Origin: Ostrea edulis
Taxonomy: Eukaryota
Reading direction: 5' to 3'
Length of the DNA: 64,000 bases
NCBI RefSeq assembly: GCF_947568905.1
Contig: NC_079168.1
Coordinates: 12,090,001-12,154,000, forward strand
Shown here piece by piece: positions 49,006 to 61,330 of this stretch. Positions within the stretch are counted from its first letter, which is position 1; each line of letters opens with the position of its first letter. The notes under the pieces are model-generated. The model worked only from the letters and a program-made list of their open reading frames with translations, ran no database searches and was not told where the DNA came from. Both the position numbers and the translations under genes were made by a program.

Positions 49006-49397
49006 GTAAGGATATTAAGATCACAGAAACATTCTCTTAATTGTGGCTTATAAACCCATGGCTACATTTGACTTCTGAAGTAATAACTTGGCAGGTGGTT
49101 GAGAGTGTTATATCAAACAAGGCTGTTACATGAATTTTTAGTGCAGAAATCAGCTACTGGAAACCAACTTTTATTTATACGAGAAATTTTGACAAGGTTT
49201 GCGAGAACCTTGTTGTGAAAATTTTCCACCACAAACCAGTCCTATAGTGTCTCATATTTTTTAAAGATTATCTTGTCAAAAAAAATATGTCGCCACAAAC
49301 CAGTTTATCACTGGTAACGAAATTAAGAGCTGGTTTACAGTATGTTCTATGTACAGAGATAACCAGGTGCTTACAACATTTGTGGGGTTTACTACAG

Positions 49398-49565
49398 GGC
49401 TTTTGAGAATGAAGCAGAAACAACAGCAGCAAAAACAACATCTTCTGATGACAAGGAGAACATCCCAAAGAAACGGGGTACGTCTGGAGGGAGGAGGCCC
49501 GCCAAGGAGGTGTACATCCCTACCCTGGTGTACATCACTGTGGAGGAATTTAAAAGAGTGCCAAA
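49398..49565 (+). CDS. SKA1: SKA1 coding exon 3
   Basis: actacag|G...CCAAA|gtacga. Ends YITVEEFKRVPK, compared with human FITCDEFNGVPS. Confidence 0.9.
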
Positions 49566-50489
49566 GTACGACACACGTTTCATACTATTGACACAGTGAA
49601 CTCAAACTACTAGATGTGTTTTATGTTGGTCTGATTTTCATGACTCTGTCATAGAATGGCTTTGACATATAGTGCTGCCACTTTTCATCCATTGGTTAAT
49701 CAGGCATTTCAATTTTCGAGACTTGGCTCATCTGAGCCTAACGTAAAATGAGATTTTACTGATTCATATTTATCTGTTGTTAACTTTCACGTTTTCTCCA
49801 GAACCACTGGACCACTGTCAACCAAGCATGAAATGGTATTCTTGAGTAGAGGGGATTCAAGGGGTTGTGTCCCCTCCCCAAGGGAAGTGAAACAGTTTAG
49901 GGACATTTGAAAGTCTCCCTCTCAAGAGCAAGAGTAGGCATATCCCCATGAATATTGATACACATTTCTTTCTTAAAGCTAAAAAAAACTTAGACATTTA
50001 TTTATTTGCCACATTATTGATTTTATAAAGTTAATAATTGAGTTGTTTACTGCGTATCGTGGAGTCACAAATATAATCAATTTACAGTCCAACACAACGG
50101 AAATTACCTTTAATTTACTTCACTTTTATGTGCACTTTTCCTGAAAGTGTCAATGAAGCAGTCACCATGGATTGATTTAAGGGTTGAAGTTACCCACGAA
50201 AAAGTTACATCCCCACAAACCAGTAAAATTTTGGTTATCCACAAACTTTGACCCCCAAAGAAGAATGATTATTCGGAATTCCACAGGAAGTAATTTTGTG
50301 TAAGTCATCCTCAGAGATGTGATGCATAAGCAAGGTGACTCATGTGAGCACTGTGTCCCATGGACCTCTTGTTTAGACAGTCTTCTAGATTCTGAATTAT
50401 ATTTTTTAAGATAAATTTGTTGTTATGAATAAGATATGATTTGTCATTGCATGTATAGCGTTCTTACAATGCAACTTTACACAAAGCCA

Positions 50490-51183
50490 TCGATGACTGT
50501 TTAATCAAATTACAACGAGTCCCTTACAGCGACTGTTTTATAGAATTAAGGCGAGTCCCTTACAGCGACTGTTTTATCAAATTAAGACGAGTCCCTTACA
50601 GCGACTGTTTTATTGAATTAAGACAGGTCCCTTACAGCGACTGTTTTATTGAATTAAGACAAGTCCTTTATAGCGACTGTTGTAGTGAATTAAGACGAGT
50701 CCCTTACAGCGACTGTTTTATTAAATTAAGACGAGTCCCTCACAGCGACTGTTTTATTGAATTAAGACGAGTCCCTTACAGCGACTGTTTTATCAAATTA
50801 AGACGAGTCCCTTACAGCGACTGTTTTATTGAATTAAGACAAGTCCTTTATAGCGACTGTTGTAGTGAATTAAGACGAGTCCCTTACAGCGACTGTTTTA
50901 TTAAATTAAGACGAGTCCCTCACAGCGACTGTTTTATTGAATTAAGACGAGTCCCTTACAGCGACTGTTTTATTAAATTAAGATGAGTCCTTTATAGCGA
51001 CTGTTGTAGTGAATTAAGACGAGTCCCTTACAGTGACTGTTTTGTTTAATTAAGACAGGTTCCTTACAGCGACTGTTTTATTAAATTAAGATGAGTCCTT
51101 TATAGCGACTGTTTTATTAAATTATAACGAGTCCCTTGCAGCAGCTGTTTCAGTGTATTAAAACAAGTCCCTTACAGCGACTC
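50490..51183. repeat. 36-bp minisatellite (GAGTCCCTTACAGCGACTGTTTTATTGAATTAAGAC), about 19 copies
   Basis: Period 36 (50517, 50553, 50589). Variants recur at a 180-bp spacing. Confidence 0.95.
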
Positions 51184-51208
51184 TATAACAGACAAAGTCT
51201 TATTTCAG

Positions 51209-51378
51209 GTACATGAAGGGAAGAATGAATTACAATCAGATGAACACTGCCATCGATGAACTGAATAAGGCATTTAGTGAGAAGTACAGAATTTTAGGGA
51301 TGAAACGAATCACGCTGAATGATCAGAACAGAAAGCGTTATGAAAAATACAAAGAACAGGAATCAAAAGACACCAAAG
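51209..51378 (+). CDS. SKA1: SKA1 coding exon 4
   Basis: ttatttcag|G...AAAG|gtgagt. YMKGRMNYNQMNTAIDELNKA...KYRIL...ESKDTKG compares with human YMKSRLTYNQINDVIKEINKA...ETKDTKG. Confidence 0.95.
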
Positions 51379-52960
51379 GTGAGTGCAGGCTGACTATAGA
51401 AATGATAGTCACAGAATCAAAATCAAAGGTAGAAATGATAGTCACAGAAACAAAGGTAGAAATGATAGTCACAGAAACAAAGGTGAGTATCGACTGAGTA
51501 TAGAAATGATAATCACAGAATCAAAGGTAGAAATGATAATCACAGAATCAAAGGTGAGTATCGGCTGAGTATAGAAATGATAGCTACGCAGTTGTGTTAA
51601 GTAGGGCCATAGAAATATTTTAGAGGAAAAAAGCATTATAAACAGATCAATTTTTGACAAATTCTGTACACATAACCTTTTCATACAAAAAAAAAATATG
51701 TATATATAATTAAGTGCATATTGACCTCCCATACATTTTTCACCAAACCGACAGTCTCTACATCAGCTGTATATCACGTGATCAAATATCAAGATAAAAT
51801 CGTACCGTGTATGTATAAATGGTTCCATTGGCACGATATCCAGATATCAATGCAAGTTGAAGTTAATATTACTTCAAAACATATTAATTTCTTAATTTGA
51901 AAAGTGCTGAGAGCAAGTTTATCGTGACTTGTAACATGTCTAATTTTTGCATTGAACATGCAAGATGCGGCGATTTTTGCATATACGAAGTTGAATCTAG
52001 CCCGAAAAACATGTTTTCTATTGAAGCCACAACTTGCTCCCCTAACATTCCTTTTGCACTGAAGTTCACATGTCACATAAATCAAACATCTTTCACTCAA
52101 AAACCTCGGGGTGTCGTGCCAATGATGAAATTTGTATGTACGGAAACCCTGTTTATGCAAATGAGTTCATTGTGAAAGTCACTATATACATGTAGATTAG
52201 GGGCGATATCAAGATCACAATATAATATGGATATTACTTTAGCATGTATGTTATATAAAGAGGAAATTGAAAATATTTCAATATCAAAGAGAATTAATAT
52301 AACCCATTTGACAGAAACTTTTACACGATTGCGGTTTATTGTTTGACAGCGGTGGTAAATAACGGAAAAAAATATTTTGACATTTCCAACCGCAAAAGGA
52401 CTGTAGATATGTACGTCATTACCTTCATCATGACGTATTTGTCATTGTGACGTCATGTAATGTGCCAGTGCGGTAAAGTACATGTTTTACAGCACTGGTA
52501 TTTATGAGGAAAGCCTTAACTCAGCCGCGTACAGAATCAAAAGTGAGTAACGGCTGAGTATAGAAATGATAGCTACAGAATCAAAAGTGAGTAACGGCTG
52601 AGTATAGAAATGATAGCTACAGAATCAAAGGTGAGTATCGGCTGAGTATAGAAATGATAGTCACAGAATCAAAGGTAGAAATGATAGTCACAGAAACAAA
52701 GGTGAGTATCGACTGAGTATAGAAATGATAGTCACAGAATCAAAGGTGAGTATCGACTGAGTATAGAAATGATAGTCACAGAAACAAAGGTAGAAATGAT
52801 AGTCACAGAATCAAAGGTAGAAATGATAGTTACAGAAACAAAGGTGAGTATCGACTGAGTATAGAAATGATAATCACAGAATCAAAAGTGAGTAACGGCT
52901 GAGTATAGAAATGATAGCTACAGAAACAAAGGTGAGTATCGTCTGAGTATAGAAATGATA
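51379..52960. repeat. 44/27-bp tandem array derived from the SKA1 exon 4 donor region, split by a 943-bp insertion
   Basis: Unit GACTGAGTATAGAAATGATAGTCACAGAATCAAAGGTGAGTATC at 51379-51586 and 52530-52960. Confidence 0.9.
51587..52529. mobile_element. Non-autonomous DNA transposon with TA duplication (943 bp)
   Basis: Imperfect TIR CGCAGTTGTGTTAAG / CGCGGCTGAGTTAAG. Removing it and one TA restores GATAGCTACAGAATC of the array unit. Confidence 0.72.
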
Positions 52961-55132
52961 CCTGTAAACAGAAAGTAAAAAATGGTGTCTATTGATGATA
53001 AGATATCAAGTGAAAAGCATCTAAAACTTCGTCAAATTGTTTCTTCAAAGAAAATTACTCTCTGAAAATCAATCGACAGGATCTGTTTACTGTTAACTGG
53101 CCACAAATTATACACCATGTTGCCGTTGCTATGCATGTTTAGTGTTGTTTTCGGCCAACTATTGAAACCATATTGGCTTCACGCTACAGGCTGCAACACC
53201 AATCATATGCTCCGTCTCGAACCCATGTTTTGAATGGTGATTGATGTCAAGGGTTAGTGCAAGGTAACGAATCAATAACCCTTGACTTGTGAAGATGGTA
53301 CAAATATGTCATAGAAAAATTTTGTTTGTCCAAAGCTGCACTCGGTGTTTTAACAGCTTTTTATTTTTATTTTTTGTTTCTGACTATCTTATAACGGACA
53401 TGACTAAATTTCACATTAATGGAAGACAGTCTAGTCCTTTATAGGTCAGAGAGCTACAGTTCACTAGCAATACTTAGAGCAGAGACATCTCTTGACATAA
53501 AAATTGTACAGAACAAACATGGCTTATAATATTAAACAAGGAAAATGAAATTCCAGTACTTGTACAAAGATCTAAGTATGGTTAGAACACACATGGATGT
53601 TTTGAATACCATAGAAGCAGTTATGATCTCGCAGATTATCATCTTTGGTCTTTTCCGCGGGTACAAATCCCGCTGAATTGTGTATGGCTTACATGAAAGT
53701 AGCTGACATACTTTAAGTACACTGGTATGAAATTATGCCGATTTTATGTGACTACAGACTTAGCGGAAATAAGTACCATGCGTTAAGAATTATGTTTAGT
53801 GTGAAAATGTACATTTCTTGTTACATGTATTACTGTATGTACAATACTGATAAGTTGTAGGTGACGTTATAACTTTGCTGTTTATGTGTCTGGGGAACAT
53901 TGTCCACTCCACACAATGTATCATTCTATATTTCTGCTGAGTCACAAACCACGCGGTCGAACAAGACTTCATTTACATCCCACCATCTTGTTTCAAGAAG
54001 TATTTTGAAATAGATACACATCTATTTATAGGTTATATGATGATAGTTGCAACAAAGTTACTTGTACATGTACATGTAGTTTTTAACTTACCTGAGATGA
54101 ATGATAAAATGAGCTTTCTTGATCAAAGTTTGTCTGTGTAAACTTTTCACATTTTCAACTTCTGAAGAATCACAAAACCAATTTCAATTGAACTTGGTCA
54201 AAGCTTTCTTGGGAGAAGGGGATTCAGATATGCGTAAATGAAGGACCACATCCCCTTTCAATGAGAGATTTTTAAAAAAAAAAAAAAGTGTAGGGTGCTT
54301 AATAAATCTCCTCATGAACCATTAGACTAGAAAAGCCAAAGTTATATAGAACAGTCCTTGTGCATGTATAATGAAGATTCAGTTTTATTCAAACCATCAT
54401 GCTTAGTGCTGGAGTTGCGCCATAATGGGGGTTTAAAATTTTACATAGGAATACATAAAAAAATTCTTAAAAATATTTGCTGAAGACAAGGATACAATAC
54501 AAATTGATAATGCAAGCATCCTCACATAGTATTAGATTCAGATTTGTTTACATCATAACAGCTATGTTCAGGGTTCAGGGCCACAGACGGGGTTTAAAGT
54601 TTAACATGGGAATATGTAGGAAAATTCTTTTCTCAAAACATACAAGAGTACAATATGTTAATTTAGATATACAAGCATCCTTACGTAGTGTAGATTCGTG
54701 TCTGTTGGTAAAGACCATGACCCCTGTCCAGGGTACTGTCACAATACAGGTTCAGAATGTTACATACGACTATATATCAGTAAAGTCTTGGGAATTCTGA
54801 GCCTCCTAATGTAGTGCATTTTAAGTGTGTTCACACCATGATTCTGGGCTTGGTTCATTGGAATATACAGGACAATTCTTTGTAAATCTTTTTCTCAAGA
54901 GCCACAGGGGCATCTTATATCAAATCGATATGCAAGAGTCTTTATGTAGTGTAGACTTGTTCACATGTACATGTATAGGCAGGATAAGACTATAATTGAG
55001 ATGAATTGTTTTACATGGGAAAATTCATTAACAACTGCTCATGGGCCTCTTGTTACGAACATTCTTACCAAAATAATGGCTTCCTTCTAGTATTATTCAA
55101 GCACAACTCAGACTTTTGGTCAGTGATTTATG

Positions 55133-55238
55133 CAATTTAATTAAAATGAGATCCTATGATCTGCTCATCTACTATCGCTACACATAAGTGTAGCGATAGT
55201 AGATGAGCGGATCATAGGATCTGATTTTAGTTAAATTG
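55133..55238. mobile_element. 106-bp near-perfect palindromic MITE with a 10-bp TSD
   Basis: Arms CAATTTAATTAAAAT...CGCTACAC are mirrored. GTGATTTATG is duplicated at 55123-55132 and 55239-55248. Confidence 0.85.
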
Positions 55239-56028
55239 GTGATTTATGTAACTTTGAATCCATTTGCATAAATTTGTGTATCAGGGGCTTTCTTAGAATG
55301 GTAACGATAGGCAACATAAAAAGTTATACTTGTAATAAACAGCTACTTACCTCAGTTTTCACTCCCGAGAGTCAAATGGCCATGTCCACTTAGTGTTCAT
55401 TATGTGATTCATGAGTGATGTTTGTTACAAGGAACAGTACAGGAAAATCCCAAACATTGATTCATTTTTCAAATCTGGTCTTGCATGCTGGACATTTTAA
55501 TTTTACAAGTCTGCTGATACAAAGGAATTTTCATTGAACACATTTTTAAGATCTTCAGTTTTTAAAAATTCTTAATTTCTGGCTGAATATGGCATAGGTC
55601 AAGGACTCAATGTCATGAATTGTAATCAAATATCACAATATTAGGGACCATGTGTTGTACTAGTAGATTTGAGTCTCATACTTGCTCCAGAGATAGCAGG
55701 TGGGTAGAGCAATTTGATTTTTGTGTTCAAAAGTAAATTATATGTGCTAAAAGGATACATTCTGCTTAGAGTTCATTTGCTTGCCATCAAAGTATTTTGT
55801 TTAATGTTGTGTGTGCATGTGTATCCAGAAAGTTTCTGACGATTTGTCGGAACAGACTCGCTTTAATTTTGGATTCCATAGTAGTGTATAGGATTAATAC
55901 ACTTCATTTTCACACGTTTGAAAAATATTCAGAAATTAACGGCTAAAATAAGAAATGTTTAGTATGCGTAATTTAATGAAAATTAGACTGCACACAGAAA
56001 ATAGATAACAAACTATCTCTGTTTACAG

Positions 56029-56186
56029 GAGAACACTTCATAGTGGACACAGATATCAAGGAATATACTAATTTCAAACTGGACAGTGTTGGGCGGTCAG
56101 TGTTAACGATACTTCGCCATTGTGGGAGGACCAAGGAAATCCGGGGAGGGGGACTCACTCGATATGCATGCATAGAGGTCTACTAA
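56029..56186 (+). CDS. SKA1: SKA1 terminal coding exon 5 (microtubule-binding domain end)
   Basis: gtttacag|GA GAA CAC TTC...TAA. HFIVDTDIKEYT...ILRHCGRTKEIRGGGLTRY compares with human YFIVEADIKEFT...ILRHCRRLSEVRGGGLTRY. Confidence 0.95.
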
Positions 56187-57011
56187 TGACTGTACGACTT
56201 GTAAAGAAGATTGGTGTAAGAGTGTGACTGTGCAATATGATTGTATGCTATGTTGTTGTTTTTAGGTCACTCAAGGGTCACCTGAGTCATCTGCTGTGTG
56301 TCATTAAAGACCCAACTTTAAGTTAACGCCCCCAAATTTTACCTGTGTTGTGATCAATGATAAGCTGCTGGTCAATCAAACTTTTAACAATAGAGCTTAG
56401 GTTGATTGACATTTGCTGAGACCATGGTCTACAGCTACCTGAGAAAGATGTTTGGATAACAATCATGGCTAATGATGACCAGCAGTCTTTAGATCTGGAG
56501 GAAAGCTCCAGTATACCAGAGTTTTGATAGCATTGACTCACACCTAGAATATTTTAATTTCTAACGTCCCCTATACAATGCAATTTATCATCGTATTTTC
56601 TCTCTCCATCTAGACTCTATATACATGTATTATAGATTAAACAATCAGAAATCAAACAATAATAATAATTTTAAAAAAAACATAAGTTATTGGAATATTT
56701 TCTATTAATGATTTATTGTGGCTTTATATTTATAAAAACATGAACAATTAATTCTTTATTGGTGCAGCACATCAACATGTATAATGGTTATATTGCCCAT
56801 GCGTAAAACTGTTACAGTAGTTAAAAAATGCTTCTGTTTGAGATACCACATGGATTATAATTTATACAATCAGAAATCAAACAATAGTAAAAAAGCATAA
56901 ATAAGTTATTGAGATATTTCTGTTTATAATTTATCACGGCTTTATATTTAGAGAGAGAAAGGGGGGAGGGAAAGAGAGAGAGAGAGTTATTGAGATATTT
57001 CTATTTATAAT

Positions 57012-57059
57012 TATGTTCCCCAAACAAAGTTTGGGAACATATTGTTTTTACTCTGTTTC

Positions 57060-57092
<33 letters not shown>

Positions 57093-58153
57093 TTTTTCTC
57101 CGGTACTTTTTTGTCCGGTAGTGTTCTCAGAAACTACAAAAGGGATCGATATGAAACTTTCCAGGATGATAGTATAGCGTTTGTAGATGTGCATAGTGAT
57201 AGTCATTTTGTTTGCACGTGCATGCACGCGCGCGCACGTGCATTGCAATTTTGGTACAAAAAATGGAAAATCAGAATATTGAAGGAAGCGATATAAAACC
57301 TAAATAGGATGATAGTATATCATTTGTACATATGAAAAATAATAGTTATTTTGCCAGTACGCGCACGCATGCGCGTGCACGCGCATTACAAAATTTGTAC
57401 GCTAACTTTGGAATCAGTCTAACTTTTTTGTTGTTCATTGAAATGGCTTGAAATTCATATCATAGGTAGATATTGAGACCCTTAACTGATTTACATGGTC
57501 AAAATTACCAATTTGCACGCGCATGCACGTGCGCTTCATTTTGATTGGATAATACTAAAACGTTTGTAACTATCTTATTTATGAAGCGAATGAGATGATA
57601 TTCACAGCATAAGTAGACAATATGTGTATCTATATATTGGTGTAATAAAAAAATGCCAACGTACACGCGCATGCGCGTTCAACGTTTTTTAAATGTTCAA
57701 TTTTTAAAGGACGATAAGGTTTTTGTTTTTCATCAAATTCTATTGATATTAATGGTTTAGATGTGTCTTGGTACTCCTTACAAATTACTGTGGTTAGAAT
57801 TACTGCTCAGCACGTGTATGCACGTGTGCTGAATTCTGATTGGACGATTTTAAAATCGCTATAACTTTCTTATATTTGGTGGAAACGTTATGAAATTCAT
57901 ACTGTGGGTATATGATACAAATGCTTGTTGAACGACATCAACAAAAATTCGGAATCGTACACGCGTGCGCGTGCATGCACGTGCAACGCTTTCTTTCATT
58001 TCTTGGTACTGAAATGACCATATTGAATGTACTACATGTAATTAAAGACTAAAATAAAATGATTTTTTGCTATAGATTTAAAAGGACATCACTTTTTAAT
58101 TGGGGGAGGTTTGGGGAACATATGTAACGGTCCCCGTTACAATTAGAACTAGT
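57012..58153 (+). mobile_element. Helentron-associated (HINE/DINE-1-like) element
   Basis: 5' subterminal TATGTTCCCCAAAC with its adjacent inverted copy, then an (ATT)n microsatellite and about 150-bp internal repeats. 3' GTTTGGGGAACATA, hairpin TGTAACGG/CGTTACA and terminal CTAGT. Inserted in a T-rich site with no TSD. Confidence 0.75.
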
Positions 58154-58762
58154 TTATCATGGTTTTATATTTATAAAGATAAAGGAGAGAGAGAGGGGGG
58201 GGGGAGAGTTATTGAACTATTTATAATTTATCACGGTTGTATATTTATAAAGAGAGAGAGAGAAATATGTAAAACTGTAGCAATAATATAGATGAAATAA
58301 TATGGCATGGCAATAGTGTTGCATACGTATGACAATAATTACTCATTTAGTCAATGATTGAGAGTAAGGGAGAGAGAGAAAGGGGGGGGGGGGTAGACCA
58401 GCTATGTGTCAGCTTCTGTTTGGGATACCATCGTTACACAAACACTACGTCCACAGAAACCCTAAAGAGAGAGAGGAGGGGGTGTAGACTTCGTGTCAGC
58501 TTCTGTTTGGGATGCCATCGTTACACAAACACTACGTCCACAGAAATTGCTGAGTCAATTTTCACTAATGTTACTGTGGAACATATTTTGGGGTTGGGGA
58601 ACAAAAATTGTGAATTTCATGCCCCCTTGCCTTTCAGTCTTTAACTCTCTTTTTCTTTACTGCTGGGCATCTGTCATAAAAACTGGGTGCTTAGTTACTC
58701 TAAATAAAAACATGTTTTTGTTTTGACCACAACTACATGTATGTAAGTGTAGATCTTACTTG

Positions 58763-59624
58763 TTAGTCACCTGAGTATTAGTTATGAGTATCATTAGTCC
58801 CAACGTCTATGACATCTAGAGAAAAAATTCCTATTTTGAATACTAATATTCAACAAAAGTACATGTATAAATTTTAAGAACACATCCTTTTTTTTAAATG
58901 CCCTCAAAAGTGTCTATAGTGATGAAAAGCTTTACATAAAATATAATATGTAACATTAACACAATATGACTAATTTGGACCCATCTTAGAGTCAATACCC
59001 GGGGGTTGCAAATTCACAATTTTGTTAAATCTTTTTCTGCTTTTCCTAGATATGCATTTAGTTTTTATATCATATCAGCAGCAAACTTCAAGAAATATTT
59101 CAAATGATAAAGAAAATACAGTATAATCTCCATAATAATTTTAACTCCACCCTGGAACCAAAAACCAAAAAATTGTAAATTTCATGATCCTAGGGGATAA
59201 CCCCAGGATCATGGATCATGAAATTTACAATTTTTGTAAAGGACTGCCTTACTCTTCTAAATATCTATTTAGTTTCAAATTAGTATCAACAGCATCAAAA
59301 AAGGTATTATCTAAATGTTTTACACATATTCACTATATATACCCAGTTTACCCCCCCCCCCCCCCCCCCCCCCCCCTGAGCTACAGTTTTTCTTACACAT
59401 GTATGATTGTAAAGAAGAAGATTTTTGAAAATTGGTCAATTTCTGCCACACCCCTAAGGCCCCAGGGGTGCAGGAGTCCTGAAATTTACAATTTATGTCC
59501 CCCTTGTCCCAATGGTGCCTCATATCAAATTTGAAAAGAAAAGAAATGGAATGGTAGCTATCAAGAAGAAGTTAAAAATGTTCTATTGTTAATGCACGAC
59601 AGACAACAACCCAAGTGACCTTAA
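58763..59624 (+). repeat. HINE-like repeat, same family as 13517-15563
   Basis: Shared TCACCTGAGTATTAG...GAAAAAAATTCCT and later segments. Contains a C26 tract. Confidence 0.5.
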
Positions 59625-60252
59625 AATAAGGTATTAAACATCTTTTTTTTATATACAATTCTCTGTGTTTTAGAGATGTGCACTTGCACCATCTACCATT
59701 TACACACAACAGTTTTAATTCATGGTCTGTGTTGCATAATTGCCCTTTTGTTAGGTTTCCCCAATATATACAATTTTCAAGCTGAAGATTAGATTTTCAC
59801 TTTTGCCAGTATGAAAGTCCTGAGATTTTTTCATAGTGACATTTATGACAAATAACAAAGTTGTAGAGAAAAACTAAGCTTAGTAATGATCCAGTAGGCA
59901 TTGGAATTTACCTTTTTATATACTGTCATAGTTGGGTCATACAGGTATCATGTTATTACAATATGAATATTGGAAATACTCAGGAGAGATAACTCCTGCG
60001 TGATTATTTATTTGAATAGCTAGTAGCTATATTAGGAATATACATTTTCAGCATCTTCTTGTACATATCAATATTGTACAATGTATCTATCTCTAGATTA
60101 AAACATCGCTTCAACCAAATCTTATTTTAAGTTCAGATTTACCTACGAATCATGCAATACGCAACAAGTCCATGTTATAAGATTTGCCTCATACTTTATT
60201 TTAAGCACAAGTTGCTGTTGTGCTATTACTGATGTGATCATGGCAATCATAC

Positions 60253-61252
60253 TAGGGCTGAAACGATTCACTGAAATATTGATATTGTTCAATATAAACG
60301 TACGATTCAATGATCGATTCATTGCCTCGAATTTCGGTTCGATACGTTTATTACAAACAGGTTCAGTAAAATACATCAGGCTCAGCCTGTACTTATTATT
60401 TTTGCCTGCATGGGGGACAAAATAGTGTCAAATAACGTTCAGACCGTTGCTTACCTTGAGTCTGATGAAAATAATGCACTTTGTTATACACCTTCATTTT
60501 TTTCATATATAAAACTAGTACAATTTAGAACCACATTTTAACTGTTGAATCAACTCTCACACTCGTGGTCTATTGGCCGGTGAACAGTTTATGAACTGTT
60601 GACCGGGCAATTGTCTGCTCCATTTCTATTGGCTACGCAAGCCACATGATTCTTGATCTGCTGCTTTGTTTATGTAATGGCGAGGCTCACTGATTCGACC
60701 GATGATAAAATACAGAATTAATTAGATGTGATGAAGAACAGAAACATAAAAAAAATGTAACTATTGATTGTCAATTAGGATATTGGGTGGATACATTGAT
60801 AAATTTTCGCAATCACTCTGAATTGTTAAAAGTTCAAGTCAACAAACCATTTGCGTCTAATAAAAACCTAAAAATGAAGGCGTATAACAAAACAGTTATA
60901 GACTGTCCTCGGACAACAGCTGTTTTGTTTGGCCCTCGAACGGATCTGTTGCCCTCCGCCTATGGCTTTGGGCAACAGATCCATTATCAGGTCAAATAAA
61001 ATGGCTGTTGTCCTTGGACGCAGTCAATAACTACATTATCAGCTTGAACTACAGAGCCAACAGGCATCTTATTGTTTGGCAGTTTGGAAACATTTTGCTT
61101 TTGAAATTGATTGTGAATCTTGGTAATTAAATCGTCCTTCATTGCTATTATTGGTTTCTTCTGTAAATTGTATCGTATTGAAAGTATTGAATTGTGATAT
61201 AAGTATTGCAATATTTATTGTATCGTGAAGGGGGCATATCATTTCAGCCCTA
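60253..61252. mobile_element. hAT-like MITE (1000 bp including a nested insert)
   Basis: TIR TAGGGCTGAAA(C/T)GAT. 8-bp flanks AATCATAC / AACCACAC (6 of 8 match). Confidence 0.6.
60500..61036. mobile_element. Nested non-autonomous repeat, possibly Crypton-like
   Basis: 13-bp hairpin GGATCTGTTGCCC/GGGCAACAGATCC (60942-60982) within a longer inverted repeat. The family guess is from memory and the boundaries are approximate. Confidence 0.3.
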
Positions 61253-61330
61253 AACCACACTAATTTTTTAAACAAATTATTGGATATGTCATTAAAAAAC
61301 AATCAATTTTTGCACTTTTCTAATTACATT

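Noticed and set aside
50490-51183. CRISPR-like array (36-bp unit)
   Set aside because: The units are directly adjacent with no unique spacers, the context is a eukaryotic intron, and there are no cas genes.
51379-51497. C-terminal extension of the SKA1 exon 4 ORF (EMIVTETKV repeats)
   Set aside because: Read-through into the intronic array. The conserved SKA1 C-terminus is at 56029-56186.
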